Shown here: positions 25,501-40,500 of the stretch, piece after piece
Numbering within the stretch: the first letter of the stretch is position 1
Layout of the letters: every line of letters starts with the position of its first letter
Origin: Mytilus trossulus
Taxonomy: Eukaryota
Direction: 5' to 3'
Length of the DNA: 64,000 nucleotides
Assembly (NCBI RefSeq): GCF_036588685.1
Contig: NC_086379.1
Span: 29,078,001 to 29,142,000, forward strand
The notes under the pieces: generated by a model
Database searches by the model: none
Told to the model about the DNA's origin: nothing
Seen by the model: only the letters and a program-made list of their open reading frames with translations
Program-made: the position numbers and the translations under genes

Positions 25501-28500
25501 ATTAAATTGGCTAACAAAGAGAATGATTATATTTCTTATGAGTTGATAAAAGAGAATGCCTATGTTGTACTTAGAATTGTCACTGAGGAATTGTGGGTAC
25601 TTGGCCTTACCTTAACTTTCCATCAGCAGGACTAGATGGTTTGACATAACTGACTAAGATAGAATTGTCTCTGGGTCATTGTGGGTACTTGTGTTACCTT
25701 AACTTTCCATCAGCAGGACTTGATGCTTTGACATAACTGACCAAGATAGAATTGTCACTGGGGCATTGTGGGTACTTGTGTTACCTTAACTTTCCATCAG
25801 CAGGACTAGATGCTTTGACATAACTGACTAAGATAGAATTATCACTGGGGCATTGTGGGTACTTGTGTTACCTTAACTTTCCATCAGCAGGACTAGATGC
25901 TTTGACATAACTGACTAAGATAGAATTGTCACTAGCACACTGTGGGTCCTCTTTTCCTCCACACAAATCAAATCCTAAATTTTCTGGATTTAATCCTCCC
26001 TGAAAAATAAAACATTAAACTGATAAATTTAGGATCAGCTGAAGTAGTATGAGATCTTTTGTAAAATTCTAATGGTTTCTGGGGGTTGGAACCCCCTTTT
26101 GTTTATGATCAATGCTTTAAAAGGGGATATATGGTTAACACCCTACTTTAATCCTTGGGTTGAACACCCCTTTCCCCCTTGCCTTTTAGAAATGGCTGGA
26201 TCCCCCTACAGCAGGTCATCTTAAAATTGGAGCAAATCCAAATTTGAATATTCAAATCCCAATGTAAGATAATTTCATTTTTTATGTTCAATATTTGTTC
26301 TGTTTTTAATGTTCAGTATTTATGATGGGTTTATGCTTTTTGTAATTTTGTTATTAGACTTTAATCAGCAGTAATTTCCTATTTCCTTCCCCAAAGTATA
26401 AATCTCATTAAGTTCAACCATGTGTTTTTATCATTTTTCCTACAGTTATAAATGTATGCAGTAATTTTGTCGAAGGTGTAAATCTCCCCATGATTTCTAT
26501 TATAAATGTATGCAGTAATTTTGTAGAAGGTGCAAATCTACGTACGATTTCTATTTCCTGCGTTTCTGTCTCCCATTCCTGTAAGTCTGCATCAATGGCT
26601 GAATCTCGGCTATGATTGTGTCCTACTCCATTCAGCTGGCTTTTCCTTGCTTCTTTTTCTACCATGGCTTCATATTTCTCCCTAAAAATAAAAACATAAG
26701 GTATATAAATCAGAACATAGGGTATGGGTGCCAATTACACACTGGAGTCCAAATACTGTACCATATAGCCTTGACCTAACATAACAATGTGACACAATTC
26801 AAACAAAAACAAATATAACATACAGTGACCAATAGAATTTGGCTGGGTTAATTTTTTTTGTATCTACATTTACCGTAATACTTTAAAGACATAATCATAT
26901 GTTTTACATCATGCTCGCTCAACCCTCTAGCACTACTAACACAAAGGTTCCTGGTTCGATTCCCGTTTGGGATGGAAATTTCAGGAACTCAATTTTCGGC
27001 TCTCCCTTGACACCATCTGCGAGTATGGTCTTGAGGAAACGATGATAGTCCGTCGGAAAGGGATGATAAATGGCTGACCCGTGTTAAGAGAGAGCCACAT
27101 CTCTTGCACGTTAAAGACACCCTTGTAGATTTCGAAAAAGAGTAGGCTAATGCCGCTACAAGGCAGCACTCGCACCCTCAAAGTGGAAAGGGATTAATAT
27201 AAGTTGCAAAACTTGTTTCCCAATCCACTATAAATAAATGTTTAAACTAACCCTCTAGCAGTGATAGTGTTTTTACAAAATTCTTATCAATTATAATAAG
27301 TTCAAGCAGAAAAATAAAACATAATTATTTAAAAAGATTTTTTTTTATTAAGAAATATTGTGTATACATGTACATTCAGGAGACAGCAAACCAACCACAT
27401 GAACCATTTCAAGGTAAAAATATACATAATGTCTATACAATTTATGTCCAGCTCAAAATCAACCAGTGGCTAAAAAAATTGCAAATACAAGATATAAAAG
27501 TATGAAAGTCTGCATTGTCTAGAGAAAGATTGGATTAAATCTATGCATGAAATAAAATTGAAACAATTTCAAGTATTTGAGATTTATATTTGAACTTCAT
27601 TTGTATCTACAAAAGAAAGGATTGGACCATGTTTCTCAGAAGCAACATTTTATAAGTACAGGCATGACAGTTTGAGTGGCTCTATCCCAAAATAGTATAT
27701 GTCAATTTCAATAATTAGATAAGTGTTAGTTTCATTATCATAATATAACATGATGACTAACAAATAACATGAGCAATTAAGAGAACATGTATAATGATAA
27801 ATAAATCATGTTAATGACTTAATCAAGGCTACATACCTTATTTCCTTTAGTTCCCGTACTGCCTCATCTTTCTGCTTCTTCAGGTTATCGTAATCCCTCA
27901 GAGCCTGAGCCTTCTCATTGTCTGCTCGGTCCCTCTGACGTCGTAAGTTCTCACCAAGAGTTCTGATACTGTCACATTCCTGCAAGCTCTTCTCTCGACA
28001 ACTTAAGGCCCAGTCTCTGCTCTTTTTGTACTTTTCAACTTCACCCAATGCATCTGAAATACAATAATTTATTCTTTTAAATAAATTTCCAAATTTAGCC
28101 TCATTTGGTAAATAGGTGTTTATGTATTAAATTGCACAGAAAATACCAGATGAAATATGCATATTGAAAAAAACATGTCAGTGTTGTTTCAAATTTTATT
28201 TGGGAATCATGATCATTCAATGTTCATGATGTTGGTATTTTTCCCTAACTTTTGATGAGTTAATGGACTGTCCTTAGCAATAAACATTGAGTCATTATTG
28301 ACTACTAATTCCTGAGGAAACTTAAATTCTTCCAGACCCAATAGAAATATTACATCCCTGGGCAAGTGGGCATGTGGCCAAGCCCTCAAATTCTGGAACA
28401 TTAGGGATCATGCATTAGCAATTTATAATAGACTAAAGCAATATAAGTATTGTACACTGGTTTCCTGTCTAGTAATTGTACAGTAATGTTGATGCCTGCA

Positions 28501-31500
28501 CCTCTCATTGTATGCCTTTGAACAGCAGTATCAAGTATAAAGGGAAACAGTCAGATTATTTTTGTTTTTGTACAGGGATACAGGGCATTGTTTATCACTA
28601 TTGATAACAGTGTAATGTTTCCTATTTTTCACAATGTAATAGGAAACAGTGTATGCTCCCTATAGGAAACATTATACTTCAACTGACGAATGTTGTGACG
28701 GATCATTACGGGAGTACTTCCTCTATGATCTATAAATAGACTATATACCATTACAACCTACTTCAACATAAGTGCCTGGGAAACACTGAGCGTTATCAAT
28801 AACCACTTTCACAACAAACAATAGGGGACATTGTACTTTTCTACAGGGGGGAAATGTAACCTCGTATAGAGAGGACAACCACATAGAGTGTCAAAATCTT
28901 GACATAATCAAACAATAAAAGAAAACAGATGTATATATACTATATATATATGTATATGTCTCAAGGGAAATCATGTTCAGGCTATAGCTATCTTGGGACT
29001 TTCATGTATAGCAAGTAGTCAACCACATGAAACGGTTTATACATCTGAGTATAATTTTTGCATTGCATTGAATGCATGCTTAAGACATGTCAATAATTTC
29101 ATTTGTTTACAAAGAATTATGTATATGACATGTATTTTCCAAATTGTTGTCTGACACAGGTTCAAGGCTATAAAAGACCTTTGTCTCAAAGCAGTTTCAT
29201 GTTTCCCTTTCTTTATGAAACTATCCTTGCATCATTTGTACATGATCAGATACTTAACCTAATTTCATCATACATTTTTATAAGTCTAATGAAGGCAATT
29301 GTTACCATGCATGACTCTGTAAAATGGGGCCCAAATGAAAACTGTACTTTTGTGTTGGGCAAAATTTAAAATTATAATTATAAAACTAAAACACAGGTGA
29401 TCAAAATCATCTTATTCTTATCTACATGCCATGACTGCTAGTATTTCTGATTTTTTTCACTATTTCATACCTGAGTATACAAAAAATAAAAGTCATATTT
29501 AGAAACTCATGGGTCCTTAAAATGTTCTGTTATTCAATTATAAAACCATTGCATTTTGGATATTTTTTTTAATAATATTCCAAATTACAGAGAAGCATGT
29601 TTAAGTTTTGATAGCAACTGTATGAATGTGAACCATTTTATCTTTGACAACTTTTAAATGACATTAGTGTATGTAGTTATAAACCACATTTAATTAGCAA
29701 TAATAAGAAAAAAAGAGTAGAAGTACAATTGTAAAATGTTTAATTCTTATAAAACAGTAACACCCCCACTTGAAAGAAAAACACAAAAAGCCTTGCTCAT
29801 CAAAAGTGTCTCTTAACAACCCTGAATAAGTTCGGAAGCACTTGTTATTTGTAAGTAAAAGATAAGTATACTGTAAACACTTGAGGGTGAGTTGTTACCA
29901 CTTATAAACAAAGAGTCGATAGTTTTACCGAACCACTGTGGTAAACCTTGAAGTCGGTCAATCACCGAACCTGGTCATTTGCTTAATTCATACCGCTGAT
30001 CAAAGGAAGGGTTAATTGAAATGGTAAAAAAGTCTCATTATTGTATTGACATAGTTGTTGGCTATGGATCCATTCATGTCATGCTTTGGTTGTCACATAA
30101 ATAAATAATGTTTACACTTGCCAGGTGTACAATAAAAAGTGTACCTGTTTTCTCTTTACATGTTTTACACTAGTCATACAGGTAGATCATGTAGGTAAAG
30201 TACATGAAGGTCAATTGTTATTTCTGTCATTATGTTTGAATAATAAATGTATGCACATGTATCTGCAATTGAAGTGTTTTATTCAAGTATATCTGATTTC
30301 ATTTTAGGCACTGCAAATGTTATATTTTCTGACATTGCACACCAAATTTGCAGGCTTTTAAAAGGTTTGAATTAGGAATGCACGCATTATGCATGCCCAT
30401 GTGCCAGAGAAGTGCATTATATTATATATAATTTATTTTTTCTGTTTCTAATGCTCCCAAAGTGTGCTTTCTTTGTAAGTTTCAGACAATTAAGATTCAA
30501 CTTACCTAATAATCTTTCATTATTTTTTTTTTGTATTTTCTTTCAAGTCAATTTGTATAATTCTTTACGTTTTCTAAGTTCACCAAAGAGATTTTATAAG
30601 GTATTAAATTCTATAATTCATGTGTTATTTCATAGCCCAATTTTTTTCTCTTTTGAACCTGATCTTTAGTAGATCTTTAAGTGTAACAATTTCTTATCAT
30701 TGTTCTTTTTTTTTAAAACTTTGTTAGAGTACAGGTTTATCTGGTTATATGGTCAACCTAAGACAGATTAACAAAGAATCAACCCTTACCCAAATATAAA
30801 CACCAAGCACCTACCATGTAAATCGTTTTGTAACTTTTCTATCATTTTCTTCAATTTCTCCGTTTCTTTGGAATCGTGATCACGGTCTTCTGCCTCCTCT
30901 TTCCTACTTCTCTCTCGTTCATAAGTTTCCCTTAGTATTCTTTCCTTTTCCATGAGTGCTTCCTGACTCTCCTTGATTGCCATGTCTCTTTCTTGTTTAG
31001 CAAGATTGAAATCTTTCCTATATTCATTCCTCTGCATTTCAATCTGATCCTTCTTCGATATTAAGTCGCCATATTTATCATATATGTCGTTACGATCTTT
31101 GAATAATTGTTCACGTTCCTTTTTAATTTGTGACATTTCTAACTTTAACTTATCAATTTCTTCTATGGAGAATTTCTTCTCTTTTTCCATTGTTTCGATT
31201 TTTTGCCTCGATTCATTAACCTCATCTTGTAATTGGTTAATTTCCTTCAGAACATTATCCCTTTCAGATAAAACAAGATATTGGTCCTGTTTAGCCTCCT
31301 CACACTCTTTATGTAGTTTTGACACTTTCGACAGAAATTCCGAATTTACTTTATGATTTTCTTTTATCAAGTCATCTCTTTGTTGTGTCACTTTTGCTAG
31401 ATCTCGAATGGCTGCTGTACACTGCTGCTTCAAACCATTTCTCTCGGCAAAAGCAGATTCCTTATCCAGTGAAACAGATTCAAATTGTTTTCTAAGTTTC

Positions 31501-34500
31501 ATATTATCCTCCACTAGAAGTCTAACCTTACTTTCAGATTCTTTGAATTTTCCTAAAATATTGGCATACCTTTCCGCCTGATTTTCAAATATGTCACTTC
31601 CAGATGAATCATTTCCGGACACATTTTGAAAACTACGTAAATCTTCACATTGTGATTTCCAATTGTCAATTTCGTCTCTAGCATGTTGTAACTGTAAGAG
31701 AACCGATTTGTATTTTTGCTGATAACTGTCTGTGTCTTTTAAAGCGTGATTGTATCGTTTAACAGTTTCTTCCTGTTGTCGTTTCAAGGACTGAACTTCG
31801 GCCATGGCATTTTCACACTCGGTTTTGAGACGGTCATATTCTCTTTGCCGATCAATTGCCCTGTCCTCATTCATGCCTGAACGACTATTTATTTCCATTC
31901 TGTGTTTATGTTTATTACTTTTACTGCTTTTTGAATCTTTGGTGAGGGATGGATAAGTTTCTGGTAAATCATATTCGTGTGACGGGATAATACGTGTGTA
32001 GGTCTTTGGGCCATCTAGTGAGCGAGTATCTACAATGATAAAAAGAAAACATTAATTATAAAAAAGAAGATGTGGTATGATTGCCAATGATTAAAGTTAG
32101 TTTTAAAATGTTAGCTAGATATAAAAAGATGTTGTATGAGTGTCAATGAGACAACTCTCCATCCAAGTCACAATTTGTAAAAGTAAACCATAATAGGTTT
32201 ACCCACTACAATGTAATATTAACCAAAGCAGAACAATAACTAAAACATATATATTTTTCTATTTATAACACATTTATTCACCTTATAAAGAGATATTGTG
32301 TATTCCTTCTAAAAACTTAAGTATATATAAACAGAACCCAAATACCACTTTTAATTTAATCAAAATTATATACTATGAACAACTGTAAGTAAAGCATGAC
32401 TGACCAATATCCATGTATATCTCCACTTATATAATATATCATAATCTCAGTTAGTTTACAGTCCAGTGAAAGTATGAATAAAATCATTATTTAAATTCCA
32501 TTAAAACTTTATAACACTTGTGCAACTGATTATTCCTAAACATGCTAAACAATGGCCAGAACACAATAATACCTCATTTATCTGTAATAACTTCCAAAGA
32601 ACATTTCAAACTAAATTTCGCCTTATAGATATTATGCTGACCATTACGTACTTGACTTTCTGAGACCTGAATTTTATGGCGGAGTAAACAGAATCTTATG
32701 TTACTTATATCCAGATGACACTATCTCCAATGACAATAAGGGTGGATCCAATCTATATGATTTTATAAATCTGTCTATAATTTCAAGATTCATCATAAAA
32801 TTGTAATTTTGACTGATAAACTGTTCAGTCTTCATTTATTTTAATCTACAACGAGCCATTAAAGCAATCTTGAGTTATCCATAAGGTATGGGTGAGGTTT
32901 CCAAATTAATTCTGAATAAATTGGCTGAGGGATGATGGAAATTAATTAGTAAATGTATATTGGATTTTGGTGGTCAATGGATTAAAGATAGAATATACAT
33001 ATTTCATAGTAATTAAAATTCAGAATTATATACTGGCAACCCAAAAATTGAGGTATGATACAAACAAATTAGAAGACTAAGGATTCATGGACGGATGGAT
33101 GTCAAGCATTTTCTTAACTCAACCATTCTAATGTATTTGAGGTACCCTGCATTGTACTACACAGAAATATTTAGCCCTATCTTTAACAATACAGGGTTCT
33201 TGTTAAGACGCGCATACACGTCCTGGACGCATGGAAATCGAGCTGGAAGCATAATTTTTTAAAGCCCCTAAGTCCCTGGGACGCGTCCTGATGGTATCCC
33301 CTGAGTCCCAGACACATTGTTTTGCCTAGAAGATTGATGATACCACATTGTTTTGAGCTGTTGTTTTGAAAAGAAACTGAACCCGAAGTCGATGTCAATA
33401 CATGGATGTGATGCGTAGATCAATATTTTTTACAGCTGATAGATTTATAATTTACATAATTTACATTGTCTGCATGGTTGAACAAGCCAATGAACAATCA
33501 GTTGAATGGTAGATTGGGAAGAAATAATTAGCATGAAGACTTGTCACACCAATAAGACACAATAATTTGTTTCTTTATTGGACCAGCTTTTGTTCTTTCA
33601 TTTACAAGTAAAAATTTTCAGCAGAGAAGCAGATAATAAAAGTACTATATTCTTAGTCAATAGCTATGAATTGAAACATTGACCTCCTGATTAAGCTGAG
33701 TAGGCTGTCCTAGAATCAAGGACACAAGTATATAAATTATATGATTTACTATGGGTAAGTGACAAGTAACCCCACAGTACATGCGGTATACCAACAATAA
33801 TAATTACCCTGTAGATTTTAATGACATAAATAGGCTTTTATTTGCTTTCAGGGCCAAAATCAGGTTTCTGAATATCAGGGGTGATTTTTTGAGGTAACTA
33901 TTAGTGATGTAAGAAAATTTCAAGAACTAGCACTATTCTGATGGATTCTGAGAAAACTTGACAATCTATTGTACAAAATTGGGCCATTAAAACTTTTTTT
34001 TTAAGTTGCCAATGTACACAAATTAAAAGCAAAATTAATTCCATTTTGATTTTCAAAAAGTATTTTTTAGCTCTAACATCATTTTCTTGTGACGTCTTAA
34101 ACATGCAACATGTGAGATTTGCTCAACTCTACAAAGCATGCGTAAGGAAACTTCAAAATAAGATTTTTTTTAGGGTGGTTTTGTAGAAAAGAACATTACA
34201 TTACATTTTTCCCATTTAAACAAAGTGCCATGTGATCTAGCGCAACAAATCCTTCCCAACATTCTAAAAATAAACTTTATGGTTGCAAAATTTTCCCATT
34301 CTTGAATCTTAAGTTAACCTAGGAGATGTTAAAACATTCAAATTGTCATTTACTTGTACTTTTTGATCCCACAAAATGACATTGAGCTTTTTCTTTTAAA
34401 CAGACGAGTGACTCACTCATAAGAATCATAAAAGGCGACAGATGAAATTACTTACAGTTTATAACACCTATATAATATAGGTGTCAGGTGCTATATTATA

Positions 34501-37500
34501 GAGATATATTTCTAATTCAGACGAGGAAAATTAAAACCTTCAATACTTTGATTCACCGTGATTTAACTACTAGGTTTCACTTATGTTCATGTGACTGCTT
34601 TCTCCCAAATAAGATAGCATCATTAAATCTAGTTAAAATTGATATTGGTTGTCTTAAATTAAAGGCAAACAGTTAATGTTCAAATAACGCCTAAAACTGT
34701 ATAACTATATGTATATGCTTTTATAGGCTACAGCCCAACAAAATATAAAATTTTGTATGTTCGAAATTATATATGTTCAATTTTGTTGTCACCTATGACT
34801 CGTATGATTCCTTGCATGGTCAAATTTATGACTGTTGAAGCCCTCCATACACATCTACAAAAGGTATATATACTTTTAGGTATGTACACATAGCTTTAAA
34901 AGTTTGTTTTTTTCAAAAACTTTTAACGCTAAATGTATCAAGTAAGTTTATTTACCATAAGTGACCTTTAAAACAATTGGGGGAGTGACAACACATCAAA
35001 TGATTCCAAACTTCTTCTCAATCCAATTTCATTGTGTTATAGAGTGCTCTGTTTTCACAAAATTTCTGTAAAAATACTACGAAATGGACAGATAACAGAA
35101 GAAAACATTAAATGTTGGCTGGGGGCCAATATCATCAATATACTAGTATCTCAATTGTTTGTAAAACAATTGAAAGGTCTTTCCTGTAAAAGTGATGCTT
35201 TCATAATGTACTTTGTACGACCTTTCGTTTGATATACGACAAGCATACCTTCTGAAACTTTTTACTTTTATCACTTAATGACCTCATCCGCCTACATTTT
35301 TGAGATCGGAATTATTATATATGTAACATAGAGTAGATGAGCTTTCATTTGATATGCGACAACGCCATATTCTAGAAAAGTTGATTTTTGCACTCAATAA
35401 CCCTATCTTACTAATTTTTGGAGGTCAGGAATTTGCTATTTGAAATGTTCACATCATGACCTTTCATTTGATATACAACAACCCTACCTTAAAAGAACAT
35501 TTATTTTTTGCACTCAATGACCCCATCCAACTCATTTTTGGGAGACGTGAATTTGAAATTTGAAATGTTCGCTTTATGTTCTTTCATTTGATATGCGACA
35601 ACATTACCATCTGAAAAATTTGAATGTTTGCACTAAATGACCCCACCCGTCTCCCTTGGATGAAAAGGGGGTTTCAAATTTTCATTTTTAAGTAGAGTTT
35701 ATTGAGACCTTCAATTTGATATATCAGTTGACCCCATTTGGCAAAGTGTCAAAAATGATGCAATATCAACGATATAAATAGAAGTTATGAAACTTTCAAA
35801 GTTAATGCAAAACATGAAAATTTCAAAATGATTTTTTTGGTGTTTTTTCCCATGGAATATTTTTGGTATTTGGTCAAACATATAACTATGCCAACCTCTT
35901 CAATTTCTTAAACATTTTAAGTGGTAAGCTGTTGTTGATTCAGAAATACATGCCACCGCTCGCAAAATTTCAAACTGCATTATCTCTAAAACGACAGCAG
36001 ATATCTCAAATCTGTTAAATGGTAAATGATCTACAGTTAAAGGACAACATCATAGAAAAAGAATTGGGACAATTTCAATGTTCACCAAGGTCACAATTAA
36101 TCATCAAATATATGATGCAATACCGAACTTGAGAACCGGAAGTCGTAGAGACATGGGACTACCACCATTCAACTCAGGACCACTTGACCTTTCAAATATC
36201 ACAAGGTCAAGGTCATAGTATAATGTGAAGGTCAAGGTGAAATTTAATCATGACCTGACATTGACCTCAAATTGAAGGTCTTGAATTACTGATCATCTTT
36301 GCAGTTTATAGTAGGTTGATATCTGTTACATTTAAAAAGATATACACACAATACTTTACTTTTAAGAATCATCCCGTTGTAACTTTTGAACAGACGGTCG
36401 GACATTTTTGAGTTTATGTATAAAATGTAGAGCTCGTCGAGAAGAACATTTTATACGCTGTATGTATGCAGCAAAGTCTTATCGTTTTCCTAATATGTAA
36501 GCTTCAAATTGCAGCGTATTTTTTTTTTGCACTCGGTGAACTTTGACCTTGAGTGCATATTAAAGGTCATATGAATTTAAGATTATTGGTGAAGGTTCAA
36601 AGTCTCTATGACTTCCGGTTCTCGAAATAAAATTTTTGAATTATTTTTTTTAATTTTTAAAGGGAAATAACTCCTTATAAGGGTTAGTAACAAATTAATT
36701 GTTTATGTTTATAAACATTGCCTTCTGTTCTAATACATGCTGTCATTTTCAGTTAAATTCTATCTCTGATACTTTTTGAAAAAAATGCAAATAAAAGAAA
36801 TTGCTTCAAGGGGATATAACTCTCAAAGTAGATGATGAAATCCTATGCAGCCTCATATGGTAATACATCATTGTGAGATCTACCTATTGTCCAAATAAAG
36901 TCATGATATCTTTAAACACATTTTGGGGGGACCATGTTGAAAAAAATTAATAAAAGGGAGATAACTTCTTAAGGGGCAGGTGAAATCCTACAAAAGTTCA
37001 TCTGGTAAAAGTTCATGTTGAGGTCTATCGATGGTTCAATTTTGGGATTGATAACTCCAATAGAAGCGGTAGGAGGGCGTGCCAAAAAAATGCTGGAAGA
37101 AAAAAAAGAAAAAAAAACATTAGAAAAACAATAAGGTCTTTCCCATGTAGGGGAAAGACCTTAATTATTGAGTATCAAAGCCATAATGAGGCTCTACATA
37201 GAGGTCAACAGATGTTAAGGTAATTAGGAGTAATTAAAGGTCACCAGGTCACAGGACAATTAGTTTCCCATCTTCTATAAAACCCTTAGGATACTGACCT
37301 AAAAACTAAGCAAAATTATAGATCAGGGGAAAGTTTTACTATGATGAAGAGTAATTAATAAGATGTTCAAAACAAAAAAGCTGAAGTGTTGGCTTTCAAT
37401 CAACAAAAAACACTGTATATATAATATGTACAGGTATTTCCTGGCAGGTATTGAGGAGGAAATGAGGGTTCTTCTATAAACCAATCTACTGTTCACCAAC

Positions 37501-40500
37501 TTATTTTCGCGGATACTATATTTTCACGACTATTTAATTTCGCGATTTTCCAGCTGATTTGGTGTATTTTAATAAGGTAACAATAGAGTTTTACATATTC
37601 GCGACGATTTATTTTCGTGTTATTTTTCTACTTTGGTATATATATATATAGATCAAAAGATTCAATATACCCATAACATTTTTCTGGTCTAATATTTCAG
37701 GTGTAAAAAAAATCTTTTCAAGATAACCCGCAATATTTGTTATTTTTTTTATCAACTGTTCTCAAATGAACTGTGTAACTTTTAGAGGTTCCCAATTTTC
37801 CAATATTTTGGGGGCATATGTATTTTCCTCGATAATGTGATTTTGTCCAAAAACAGCAAAAGGGTAATTTGAGCATCACTTCATGAATTTTAAAATTCAA
37901 TGCTAACTTAGTTATACTCTTCAAATCCATGAGAATTATTATTTGTATCCATCGAATACTGTGAATGACAAATCCAATTCAATAAAGGCAATAGTAGTAT
38001 ACCGCTGTTCAAAACTCATAAATCCATGGACAAAAAACAAATCCGGGTAACAAACTAAAACCGTGGGGAAACGCAATAATATATCTAAAATTGCATTGCT
38101 GTTCAAAATGAAGAGCCTCAAAACCTCATCAACCAGATGGAAACTAAACAGATTATATCAAACTTAAATCTCATTACAAAGAAATCACCAAACACTCAGG
38201 CTATCTCTAAGTAAAAAGAGAAATCAAAATTTGTCTTAAATAAAGTAGGCACAAACAAAATTAGAACATCTTATAAATCAGCTGTTTGTTGAGTGCAATT
38301 ATAATGTGATTGTTTTCTGGGTCACAAATTCATTTTCTCCCATTTTTTAAAATAAAAAAGATTGGGTGTGTATATTAATTGTAACAAGGACCTTATTAGG
38401 ACAGGTTTTTCTTTCAACTTGAGTCTTAAGAACTCCATTCTTGTCTGTTCAAATCTTAAAACAAGTACATGTTGTTTAAATCCACTTGCATCACTTGAAA
38501 GCCTTTTCAAATGTTTTCATAAAAAAAATACTTAGAAATGGTTTGATTTTGGTTGATTTTTCAAACCTGGAAATAAAAAAAGATTGCCAAAAAGTTATTA
38601 ATTTCGTATTAATATATATTTTGATAAATAGAAATGCAAATTATATAATATCCAATGGGACCAATTGCAACCTGCTACCTATTTCCAATTTCTTAAGTCA
38701 AGTTAGAATTAAGAGCAAAATAAGTTTGTCAACAATTTTCAAAGCTATATAAAAGTTAAAAAATTTGCTAGTGATAGCATCAGAGACAAAATTTACGATA
38801 TGAAGCCTTCAATGCAAGCATGATATATTGGAAAGGCTCACAGTGAAAGTGCAATGAAGCTTAACTCTGACAGCATCAACAGCTAAATTTACAAATTAAT
38901 GCATTTTATGCCTCAGGCCCACCCTGATTTATAAGAATGTCTGAAACAGCAAACTTTGGATATGTCAACCATTTGAAAACTAACTAGTCATACATCATCA
39001 CTGTTGTAATTATCGTTAATTAGCCAATATACTTATTAAATATATTTTTGGCACCTCATAATAATTTCACCTTCAATAATTTTTGTTTTTCCTCATTATA
39101 AGCAACCTTGACAATTACAACTAACTTCGTACTTAGACACAGTTCAAGGTGTAGAGACGAATACTTTTATCATTTTGCGCAATATAAATGGAATATTGCT
39201 ATTTTTATGACTTCTGTTTTCAACAATATGTATTTGATTAGTTTTTCTATTGTGCTTTGCAGATGAAATACATAATAAGGACATGTGGTATGGTTGACAA
39301 TAAAATTGACTATAAACCAGAGACAATATGATGGTCATGGGTATGTTACAGCAACTGTATGAATAACTTAAGGAGCAAAAAACACAACAAGTCTCGAAAC
39401 AATTCATGACATCTGGTAAACTTTTTTTATATACTATAGAAGAGTTCTTCAATAATTCACAGATCACACACATATAACAACTCTAGAGATTTTTCAGCAA
39501 GCATGTTGACCATTCCCTATAAAATGCCCTATAGTAGAAGTCCAGTAGACCATGCTACTAAACTTTGGGCTAGATCCTTAAATTTGAGCTGAAAATAACC
39601 ATTTAGCCTTTATGTAAATCTTTCATATTGTGGCAGGTAACAATGGGCCCCTATATATGGTAAATGTTAATTTTTTTTCAAATTATTAAAGCTCTTCTAT
39701 TAAACACATATACTCAGTCAGATACATGACAGTGTACTGAAGAAATTTTCCCCTTCACTTAATAACCATGATTGCAATTTTTTTTTAAGTTGGATCTCAA
39801 TAAACAGGGTAAGCTGGTGATATCTAAACTCTGTTCAACATCAAATCTATCATAAATTACAATGACTTTCTGTTTATAGTGCAACATAAATGCTGCAATT
39901 TTGGCTGCATCTGACATGCACCCATAAAACACAGTTTTTGACTCCTCTAGAAAATATAAATGTTCAATAAATCTTCATTAGGCTCATAAATCATGTACAA
40001 AATAGCTGTGTTGATATAAAATGTAGTAACATTTGCCAACACGAAATCCTAAGCTTGCAATTAACTTAAACAAACAGTTCACACAAGTTTGGTTCAGAAA
40101 GCTTTTGAAAACTTTTTAAGGCTTACATGGATATAGACTTTTAAGCTTTACATGAATATTTTTTTTATATTAGATACTACAAAGAAGAATCCTCTTTTAT
40201 CATAATGTAAGTTTGACGTCACAGAACAAAATCTGATGAAGAAAGGTCAATGCTTATATAGGTCTAGGGATGGGGAGTCAGTAAAGATTTCCACTCAAAG
40301 ATATTAGCTAATGGATTTTCTAAATATTTTATTTTGTACTTTTAACATTACATCTATTAGATATTATACCATGCATTACTTAATAATTACATTAGATGTA
40401 TGTTTCATTATAATACGTTATTCTGATTGGCTAATTGCACATCACATGTTATTCCGTAAGCAGTTGCATGAGACAATAACATTTCATTCATGATGACACG

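Noticed and set aside
25610-25871. In-frame expansion of PDZ1 by 29-aa repeats
   Set aside because: The period is a multiple of 3, but each unit contains TAA right after the donor. No usable polypyrimidine acceptor exists inside the units.
25572-25947. CRISPR-like appearance of the regular repeats (also 40945-41357 and 1385-2520)
   Set aside because: The units are contiguous near-identical tandem copies with no unique spacers and no cas genes, in a eukaryotic intron context.
26940-26975. tRNA gene suggested by ggttcgattccc
   Set aside because: There is no cloverleaf or A box. It is the truncated head of a SINE bounded by TSDs.
30500-30660. Strong donor TAG|gtaagt at 30505 as a coding exon end
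   Set aside because: An in-frame stop lies shortly upstream in the required phase, with no ATG after it. At most this is a non-coding exon, which is unsupported.
30786-30814. Alternative donor GG|gtaagg at 30789
   Set aside because: It is phase 2 and incompatible with the phase-1 acceptor at 28053.
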